DNA of 64,000 nt from Fimbriosthenelais zetlandica (Eukaryota). Within the stretch, counting starts at the first letter, position 1, and every line of letters starts with the position of its first letter. Below, piece after piece: positions 23,285-33,500 of this stretch. The translations under genes were made by a program, and so were the position numbers. A model generated the notes under the pieces. That model was not told the DNA's origin. It ran no database searches and saw nothing but the letters and a program-made list of their open reading frames with translations. The stretch covers positions 20,956,001-21,020,000 of the forward strand of contig OZ365116.1 in the NCBI GenBank assembly GCA_977030845.1, read 5' to 3'.

Positions 23285-26200
23285 CTATAGCGATCCGATC
23301 TCATTGTAGCGTTTTAATTTGTCAGGGAAGTTATCTTTATAGAGCACAGGATCCGCCCTGAACTCGACAGTTTTTAAAGGCATACAGCCATAGATCTCAG
23401 CGAACTTATTGACACATTCAGACCTCTCCACCATGTGGACCAGGTCCGCTGACAGACCGTAGTTCTGACACTCTGGACATTTAAACTTCTGCCGCGGGGC
23501 CACCTTAATGGCCGGCTTACTGGTGAGGTTAGAGATGAGGAAGTTCATGGCGATATCTTCACAGTTCATGTGGTCGTCCACCCACGCCTTGATATTACCA
23601 GGCATAGAGTTAGTGTAGAGGTAGCTGTAATACTGCAAGGCAAACACAGAAATTATAATTCTTTTTAGACATTCTACATATTGTAGAAATTATAATTTCA
23701 AATCACTACTATATGTAGTGGTATGGATTGTGATGAGAGATTAAGCTCTCACCTTGTGGTGGAAGGCAGCGCCAGTGAGGACGATGGAAATCTGACTGGT
23801 CCACTCTGATTCATAACGCCATCTGTTGGTTACATTGTCCCAAAGATGGAGGCGGGATGGGAAGCCAACCAGACGGTCCGGGAACTCACGCCAGACCTGA
23901 AACCAGTAATTATACTTACAATCATGTAACATGCATGACATAGTGCTATATTATATAACAACCCAGTGCTGATGATATAATGAAGGAGTGAAGAACTTGC
24001 CTCATATCCAAACTCAATCTCATCAGGGGTTAACATAATGATGTCATCATCTAGAGCTAGGATGGCTTCTGTCTCTATCTCATCATAGGGGTAGAACCTG
24101 GAAGGTTAAATGTGATGTGATATCATAAATAGTGTACTGAATCCAAAGCAAAGAGGAGGCAATAATTAGCAGAGTCGATGGAACTAGATACTACAGTACT
24201 TTGCAAACTAAAAGTAGACGTGGTGTCCCTTACCTATTGCTCAGCTTGTTTTGTCTAGTCTGTACTACCTTCAATGGTTTGCTGATTTTGGGCCACACAC
24301 TCGCTGAAAAGAGATGAAATAATAATTAAATCTTTAATCTCTCAGACGAGCAAAATGACAAAGAGTTAGTGGTCAAGTGTGAGGAGGGATGGAGAGCTAC
24401 CTTGAGGTGGAGCCTTCTGTTGATTGTTCCACACCACTAGTACTTTAGTAAGTGAAGGGACCATGGCTACCCGGGTGATCACCCGGAATAGATACTCCAG
24501 ACGATCATAGGTGAGGATGACAGCCGTGAAGCCCATGGTGCGGGGAGGCTGGACAGGCAGGAACAGGGGGTTCATGATGCTAGCCTGAAAATAATCAAAA
24601 TAATATTGAAGTATGAAGTTTTCTGAATGTAGGAATACATCTTATTATAGAGCAGCACAATTCTGCACTATGACTCACCTTAGCCGGGGATTCGTTCCAT
24701 TCTTCATATTTTTTGGCAGCGTAAGGGAAGACTCGGTCATTAATGATCTGTAGGGTAGTCATGGTGATGGCCCTCATGGAGCTGAAGTAAGTCTCCCATA
24801 TAAAGCGAGCCTGGAGTCTCAGTGCTTCTACATGACCCGCGCTCATCTTAGACAGAGTGGTGACTACCTGAGGTAGGATATCTTCACGTAGCACCACCGA
24901 TGCTCTACACAAATATAGATAAAGACAGTTTTACAACCCATCTGCGAGGTCCCATAATTCCCACTTAAAATCCGAGAGAGGAATGAGTACAAAATTCAAG
25001 TACAGAATTCTTGATATATATATATATAATTCATGGAGAAAATGAATTACAAGAATAATATCTTCACCTTTTCCAATCAATAACTTCCTCAAATGGAGGC
25101 ACGTAACCATCAGCGATTATAACAGGAATACATCCAGCCATGAGAGCATCAAACAAGACGGTCTGACCTAGCCGTGCACCGCGCACCACCAGACAGAATG
25201 TAGCATCCTGTAATACAAAACATCTCATCATAAAGCATCATTATAAATGATAATAGTTTGTGAACTATCAAGTTCACGATTGTGGAATCAAATTTGGTGG
25301 ACACGTGATGCTGACCTGGAGGATATCAGGATAGTTATACACTTCACCAGAAGGCGTGTGACATCTCTGAGTAAAGTTTCCTTCCTCACATCGGTCGAGG
25401 AGGAGGAAGGTGGGATGGTGCTGTGCTAACAGAGACAGCTCTTCATAATATTCTGAATGGATTCCAAACTGAGATGATACCAAAAGCCAGCGACGATCAC
25501 TCCTGAAATCAAGAAATATATGGAATACTCGAAGTGAAAATCAATTCAAATGTATGGAAATAGTATTAAGATGACCCCTCTCCCCCGCCCAGCCCGGATT
25601 GGCGGTATAATACCTGGTATAGTCTGTTAGTTTGGCGTTGACAGTGAGTGGATTGTAGATGGGTATAGACACATCATAACCATATCTATATGACCAGGTT
25701 GAGAAGCCACCACCGGCCATGATGGCGTGGTCATGGTTCACATCTAATGTTGTATTGTAGTCCGGAGTTGAACCAGGCAGCATGTTAAACAACAGATGAT
25801 TGATGCCTTCATTCCACCTGAAGACAAAAGAAAATCAGATAAAGAATATGGTATATGAATTCTATTCTACCCTTCAATAGTTCAAATCCTTTTATTGTGT
25901 ATTGGGTAATGCTAACTCATTATAATTTAACCAGGGATGAATATATTTACCTTGGCAGAGTGGCCAGTATCTTTGAAGTCTCCTTCAAGCGAATATTGTT
26001 CTGATTTAAGAGATCTAATGTAGGCAGGAAGAGACAAGCTCTGTCTGGATCTGTGGTATAATAGATACTGTCCATCACAGTCTGAATGACCTCATGAAAC
26101 TCTTTAGAGAAAGGCAGACTGACAGGTAGTCCTGTCTCGTCCTTATACTCCACTGTAGGGTAGATATAGACACTGATTCTGTTATCATCATTATAGCCGC

Positions 26201-26522
26201 AGTGATACACATCAAAACACGAGTGGAAGGTACATTCCTCATTACGGGGCTTGGCCAGGCCACTTTCCGCTGTGATCACAACTTCTTTTGGGTACTCTAC
26301 ATTACGTCTATTGATGTCTTCACTTTCCTCTGAAGCATGGGGCCAAAACTGTAATATTATCACTCCAGTGAAGAAGAAGGTGACAGCGACTATAGATAGT
26401 ACCCAGAGATAAAATTGTTTCTGTTTTGGTGGACGTCGAGTCTGTATCCTCTCCCTGGTCTTGGAGTCAGAAGGGATGTATACTCTCTCTGACAGATGGA
26501 CATTCCTCGACTTTAAGTCCAT
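23285..26522 (-). CDS. EXT2: Exostosin-2 (heparan sulfate co-polymerase subunit), 723 aa, 10 coding exons: 26522-25951, 25817-25614, 25502-25316, 25207-25068, 24904-24679, 24584-24401, 24303-24234, 24097-24001, 23896-23753, 23632-23285
   Basis: Type II TM then [140 protein letters not shown]...IGSL, all recognisable EXT2 motifs. Exon lengths sum to 2172 nt with consistent phases; one intron is GC-AG. Confidence 0.97.
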
Positions 26523-26972
26523 CTTCAGCGGCTAAGGGGCCCACCCAGACCTGAAATATTTAGAGAACATTTATAAAGTAACTGTGAAACTGATATAGTA
26601 TCTATATACTGTAGTTTGTAGGCCTACTGATTGTCTGATAAGACTGATTGCCTATTGTCTACTGCAACTATTGTCTACTATTGTCTTGCAACTCTTGGGC
26701 CAATAATTGGTCTTGAGACTTTACTGATCAGATGGAGGGATGATTATCATCTCAATGAATCAACAAGGGCATAACTTCCTTATAATTAATGGTGTAATTC
26801 CATAAGATGTGAGTATTAAAATTTTGTCATGATCAGACAGTGAGGTGTCAGAACACTGATCAGACGATGTCGATGGGTGTCCTGTTCAGTAGCCTGTTTT
26901 ACCGGTTCTTTTATCATTTGTGTCTGTTATTTATGGATTTCTACGTGCATATCATATAGGGCATCAACTTAC

Positions 26973-27100
26973 CGCTTTACCTGATGCGTATGATGGTAAA
27001 TTTCTTCGTAGGGAAGCTGAAACACAGGTTTAGACTAACAAAATATTGACTTTTCTTGTCTTAGTCCGCCATGTTGGATTTTTGAGTAACCGGACCGCAG
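26973..27100 (-). other. EXT2: Probable non-coding first exon of EXT2
   Basis: Donors GCG|GTAAGT (26973/26972) and CAG|GTAAAG (26981/26980); acceptor at 26552-26551 feeds the ATG exon; YY1-like AACATGGCGG at 27075-27066 is typical just downstream of a TSS. The 5' boundary is approximate. Confidence 0.55.
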
Positions 27101-27355
27101 TTAATATAAGATCTAAATCTGTTTCATATAGGAATGCCCTGACAAAATCATATATTTAGAATAAGAATAGGTGTTATTAATTTTAATTAAATAGATTATT
27201 GAGAAAAGACAAGACGGAACGTTTATGAATATGGACCAATGAGCGTTGAGCATTTACATACTCCGGGCACACTCTCGCTCGGCAAGTTCCGGTTGGGTTC
27301 GGGAAATCGGCGAAGTGAGCGCGTGTGTACAAACCTCGGAGCGGCAGCTGTCAAT
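27076..27355. promoter_or_regulatory. Probable bidirectional promoter shared by EXT2 (-) and DAGLA (+)
   Basis: Head-to-head genes with start codons 940 bp apart; AT-rich core flanked by CpG-richer leaders; CCAAT at 27236-27240; YY1-like motif on the EXT2 side. Confidence 0.6.
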
Positions 27356-27461
27356 ATGGCCTTAGCCTTGGTGCGCTCAACACTTTAAAAGCATGGTTTC
27401 CTGGATTTTACGGTGCCACCTCCTCCTGGATTACTCTGGATCGTGAGGACAGTTTGTCATC

Positions 27462-27556
27462 ATGCCCGGGATCGTTGTTTTTAAGCGGAGATGGAGTGTT
27501 GGTTCGGATGATCTCGTGGTCCCTGCTGTGTTTTTAGTTGTTCTTCATGTAGCCTG
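27462..27556 (+). CDS. DAGLA: Diacylglycerol lipase alpha (inaE-like), first coding exon; the rest of the gene lies beyond the window
   Basis: Encodes MPGIVVFKRRWSVGSDDLVVPAVFLVVLHVA(W) then TG|GTAAGT; nearly identical to the human DAGLA N-terminus MPGIVVFRRRWSVGSDDLVLPAIFLFLLHTTW. Too short for the ORF track. Confidence 0.93.
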
Positions 27557-30500
27557 GTAAGTGGAGAGGCCCAGCCTCCCTTCATTGATCCATGATTTCC
27601 ATCCCATGCGCTGCCTGCTTTGGCCGATGGCTTTCCTGCAATGCATACTCCAGCTTGATCACTAAATTCAACCATTAATCTTAGTTACAATATTATATTC
27701 TTTCTGAACTTGTAGAACAAATATGTACAGCTTATTTGCGCCTCCATGGTCCCAGCTTGATTGATTAAATTTTTCATTTGGGAGATTTGGAATTGATCTG
27801 GTGGTATTGGCAAACAAGCAAGTCCGACCAGGAGGAAACATATGCCTCTGGTGAAAACATGAGGAGTATTGATGAACCAAGGAGGTTGCGTGTTATCCTT
27901 GTGTTTCATTTGCTCTCAATGTCTCATCATCTCTTCTCGCCCCTTCTTTAAGTTGTTATCCGTATGCCAGGAGGGGCGCAAAATGCCCCGCCCCTCTCGC
28001 GGACTTGGTATCATGTGCATGACTGATGTGTATTGTGAATTACCCACTCCAATAATCCATGAAATGACCATTTTAATCATTCACACAGAATTGTCAATAC
28101 AGAAGTCTGAAATGCTGGAGAAATTGCCATCTAATTTTAGTTAAAATGTAGTGAAAAGTGGAGGCCAGCTTCACAATTTATGCCTAATGCCACACCCCCA
28201 CTTGTTTGCATTCATACAAATCTTTAGTCTAGCCCAGGTTATATCAGTTAAGAGTCAGATAAGGCCTAGATTTCATTATTGTCATTTGCATATTACCAGG
28301 ACTTGACCATCTGAGACCAGTAAATCCTGTGTGGTCTGTTACATAATATGACGTAATACTGGCTCCTGGTATGTATAACGCCTCTTTTCAACGTTATTCA
28401 AAGTCAATCCTCTTCACAAAACTCAAAAGTGTGAATAGCTAGTCGAGGGTAAATATTGATGTGTTGTACAATCCATCCATAGAAACGAGGTGTAGAATTT
28501 TACCTTCCATACATATCCTATAGAGGAGAGTGATTGCAGGTTTAATACCAACCTTTATTTATTTCTGAGATTGATTTCCCTGATGCATTCATATAAAATC
28601 ACCGCCCTGTTCATGATATAGATTTTGAGCTTGCAGCACTAACGTTAGGAATATTTTAATGTGGATTTTCCTAATGTCATAAAATGTACCAAGGCTGCGT
28701 TGTACCAATCCTTGGTGGTACGTAGGCCTAAGTTACTGATATATAATAACTCTCACAGATTGATATACCGTACACATTCCTAATTACCCCCATCGGGCCT
28801 CCCTCCATACAATAATGTCCATACTCAATTTATGACGAGTGAAAATTCCAATAAGGGCATTAGTCACTGGGAGTGGGAGGTGTTATAACAATAATACTGC
28901 CATGTATCTCCATGTCTCAGTATTTTGGATCACGTCTCCCAGTTTAGGGACATCTATTGAGGAATGGCCAGGCACCAATGATATGAATAAAAACAGAACG
29001 AGGAAGATGGCCAAAACTAATAAATTCTCTGTGTGACTTAGAACGCCAAAAGTCAAAAGTATCTAATTTCCTGAGGGAAACCGGAGCCGGGGAGAGAAGA
29101 GTAGTGTAAGAGTTGTGTTGGTAGTGATGTTTGTACTTCGTGACTTTTTGCAAAGAATTAAGATCAGGGACGGGAAATTGCATGTGTTAGTCAACTTGTC
29201 CTGTTTCTCTCAGTGTGTGCCTTGGTTCCTAATTTTTGCTGGTTTCGAAACTTCAAAGATGGATTTGACGATTCTCCAGCATCACACTCCTCTCGCTGAA
29301 ACTACATTCCTCTATTTCCCATTGGCAATGTCCCTTTAAGCAAAGGCTTGTGGCTTATGTATAAATGATGGTTCTTAATATTTTACATTAAGGGGAAAAA
29401 GGCAAAATGGACAAGCTTGGTCGCATTATCTGGAAATTTGGAATAGAGGCACGTGTGAAGCAGGAGGACCATTAGTCCGTAGTGTTGCTTATCACCGCCT
29501 GGGGGAACAGTCCGCCCCTCTTGATCCTCTCCTAATCTCGTGCACGGCGAGAATTAATGAGAAAGCCTAGTAAATTACCCCGTGACCAACAATATTAGAA
29601 AATCTCATTAAAATTAATTACCTGATCACCCTCTTGGCATGAGAGGCGCTGTGTCCTCATGGTCCAATATCAATGAACCGACTCTAACTATTGTACTCTG
29701 ACAATAATTGATACCGTTCTCTTAGGCTTTGAATCATTTGCTCTTTAAAAAAATATTGTGTGTCTTATCATGATCAACTGAATTTATCTTTCTCCATATT
29801 TCTGATGGGAGAAACCCTCAGTTGACCATCTCATCCAGTTGGCATGATATATATACTCGTCTATGAGGTTCATCATTTTATCTTCCTTCATTTACAATTC
29901 AACCTCCTACCCCAACCCATCCTTCTTAGCCACGCATTCTTACAACTCTGGTGGACCACTTCAATCTAAATAGCCGAGGGGTCAGCAGGCAGCTTTCCAA
30001 AATACATAGATACCAGACGTCTGTACGTCTGTTTAAATAAGCCTGCGGTCAGACGCCGTTCAATAGACAAGCTTACGGTATTCAGGGCTGAATGACGAGT
30101 GGAGATGTTGGCTAGATTGAACTTTTTTTCCTCACATTTTCGTTTTACCCTATATATGTCGTTTAGACTTGTGCAAGTCCACGCCAACTAAGATCGAGTT
30201 TGCAATTCATCACTCACAGAATTTGTACACAGGACCAGCAATGGTCTTTTAAATTGCAAATTGTTTCCTGTGGAAATATTTGTTGATGCATAATCTTCAA
30301 ACATTGTCTTTTATTGAGGCATTTTGGGCCGGCAGTAATATGTGTATTGGACTCTAGTATGAGATGTGTAGAGAGGGTAGAATTTCATTCATTCTAGTGC
30401 CACTCTCCCCGACCACACACCTGTGTGAATACTAATAAGACCCGCTGAGGGCCTTTGATGAGACTCAAAGCCCTTTATGACCTCAGCGGATCTTTGCATC

Positions 30501-33500
30501 GATACACAATTGTGCAGCTATGTTCGTGAAAAGAAGGCCAAAAAGTCCCTAGCTTTACTGCGTCAATGGCCCATCAGCCAGCGCTAAGAATGTGGCCTGT
30601 ATAAAAAATGGAGTACGGTACCCCCTCAGAATGTGTCTTCTTACTCTATCCAACTTGAAGATCACTCTTATAAATATGGGGATTTACAAGGTGTAATCAG
30701 TTGGAAAATAAGCTGATGCAAACAAAAAGTCTGTTGGTATCTTCAGAGATAAATTAAGGCAGCTTATCCCATGTGACTCGGCGATGTGATCAGGACTCGG
30801 TCGTCCCAGCATGGAGCCATTCTGTACTGGTGTGAAATAACATAGACTACTATAGGTGGTGTTACTCTAGTTGTGTTCATCATCATTTGTCATATAAAGG
30901 TGAATGACAGGCGGGGATTGGTTGTCATAATGGAGGAATGTGGTGCCAACTGAAGCTGTCTAATTACCAGGTCTGAAGGCAGCCGAGAAGTTAAGACATG
31001 TCAGTTATGAGAGGTGAGGAGGTAGAAGAATGGAGGCGTGAGAAGGATAGTTAAATTGAATTGTCAAGGCAAATGGTTCTGCCATCCGTATACTGATGTA
31101 CAATGCTGCTGCCTTCACACTAAACCGATGTTCTTATAGCAGAACAGTTCTAATAGAGCCTCATTCAGCGCCTTCCAGCTGCAGATCTTCTTATGGCGAA
31201 GACACTTGAACGTATTAAATAGATCTATAGTGACTTTCTCAAGTCTCATGTTTAAATCGACTACATCACCCATTGTTGGATCTGTCGAGCCCCTGCCGTG
31301 ATTTAGTTTCTTTAAGGGTGATTGCACTGTTATTGTCTCCCGCATCATTTATAAAAGCAGTTAAAGAAACCGTTCTGTGGATTGCTCCCGGAGTGAGCAT
31401 TCAGTCGCTGCATCTTGAAGAATGGTATTTCTCCCAGTAATTTCACCCTCCATCACACATCTCACACTGGAGGGTAATATCATTGTATACATCATGAGTT
31501 TCCCTTCTCTCCCCCCCCCCCACCCCCATCCACTTCCATTGTCTCGTGACCATGGATTAATGACGTCACCAGACGCCGTCACACAGGGCTGTAGCAGATT
31601 AGTGGATAACTGACGCTTATATCGTCTGGCTTCCTGCAAGGCACTCCAGAAAGTGAACAAATCAAGTCACACCCCATTAGCCTTGCTGGACCAGTGGAGG
31701 GAGAGGAAGGAAAGGGCTGGTCTAGTCACACCAACAAGCACCATGATGCCCCCAGGCACCCTCGATAACGTCCACTCAATGGGGGAAAGATTCTTCCATA
31801 AGAAAATCTTACACTGAAAATCTGCTGATGATACAAAAATATTGTTTGGGAAGAAGCATTCTAGCTGCATACCTCCAGTAGGGGATGCTTGGTAGCAGCA
31901 ATGCGTGCCGAGCCCATACCCTACTAAATCCCAGAGGGGCCATGACCTAATTTTCTTTCTTTCACTGGTGAATCACTGGAGGAGTTGATGGTGCCTTGCC
32001 TCCTCCTCCTGCCTCTACCCCCATCACCATCATCCAGCCCGCTAACCCCCGCTCAGCTAGGCGTGGCGAGGACTGTCACCAGGCAGGTCCTTCACTATTG
32101 TCCTGCCAGCTTTTGTCTCCTCTCTCATCCTCCTGCCTCCCCCCCCCCCCCCCCCACCACCTCCCGTCCCACCGTGCTCACCGAGCGTGGAGCTATATTC
32201 CATGCCAACTCATGTTCAAAGGCTCATATCAAAGGCTTGCCATGTTGAGCAATGTGGCAGGGAGTTTAGGGTGTGGCGGCTTACAGATAGGGCTGGAGGT
32301 CCGCGGGTCAGGCAGGGATTGCTGCTCTATGAAGAATTGCCTGGTGACAAGAATTCTGAGGGTGTGATTCCTGAGTACAGTGTAAATTTGATAACTCGTC
32401 TTTACATAATAATGGCAATCTAATTGCTGTTGAATTCCTCTTTAATCTGAAGTGGTGAGAATTAAAATGATTGATAATGCCCTGCCTCATGGACAGGATG
32501 GTTCCTATTAAAGAACATAACAAGCTGCAATGCTAATATAAAACGTGTGGAAAGAGGAACGGAGTCATGTTAATAAATGATTAGCCACTGGGCATTAGCC
32601 ATGAAAGCATTGGATAATGTATCATGGCTCCTAATCTATTACGTCATTTATCATAATCAATACTCAAAATGGCTCCTGGCCACGTTTTGCCCTGGTGTAA
32701 AACCTCCCCACTCTTGTCATAATTAGAATGTGACTCATGTCTCTGCTTCTGGCACTTCTTACCTCACCTACATGCATGCCACATGGTTACACATTCTTTA
32801 TCTGTAGACGACATGTATGATGTTTGTCATTGGTGATTTCCCATGGCATTTCCACCTACTATAGCCCTGTGGTTATACAGGTATTTCAATGTGCCCTCAT
32901 CTTTTTTAGGACCTCCATTGAGGTCGCATTAGAGATTCCAAGAATAATTTTTTGACAAGCACTGCTTTCACCAGTCGAAGATAATGTTCATGTACACAAT
33001 GTATATAGGAATATTTATATGCCTATAAACATTATCCAACTGTGCAATAAAAGATTTATCATTCAGTATTGTATCAATACATTGAATGATGATCGAAAAC
33101 TGTCATTTTGAAGCAGTCGTATTGTATTGACATTAACCTTTGTCATATTGCCATATAATCCAATAAAGGCTTTAGCTTAATTGTTATGGGCTTCTCCCTT
33201 GGGTAGAGGAAGGAGGGGGCGGGGCTACTGACCATCCAATGCCCCCAATTAGCTCCCACAAAGCCTGCCATCAGCCCCACCTAGTGGCCCACAGATTCTC
33301 CCACTATTAGATCCCCCGGGGATGACCGAGTTTTGTTATGATGACAGTTATGATGTACGACAGTTATTCTGTATGTTAATTCTCCTCCGATCAACCCATA
33401 ATATACTTCCACTAGTACTTAATTCCACAGGAATAATGACCCGTGACCCCTCCATAGTAATGTTGATTGTAATGACCTTTTGTCCCAGTGATTATAATGG

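Larger units (their letters stand above)
19247..25073. repeat. Direct tandem duplication of ~2.9 kb (units 19247-22155 and 22153-25073) covering EXT2 exons 5-10, the 3'UTR and flank
   Basis: Colinear sequence with offset ~2900 bp (e.g. exon starts 22000/24904, 20734/23632); identical proteins in paired track ORFs; the junction at 22153-22155 shares TTC with both outer ends. Confidence 0.95.
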
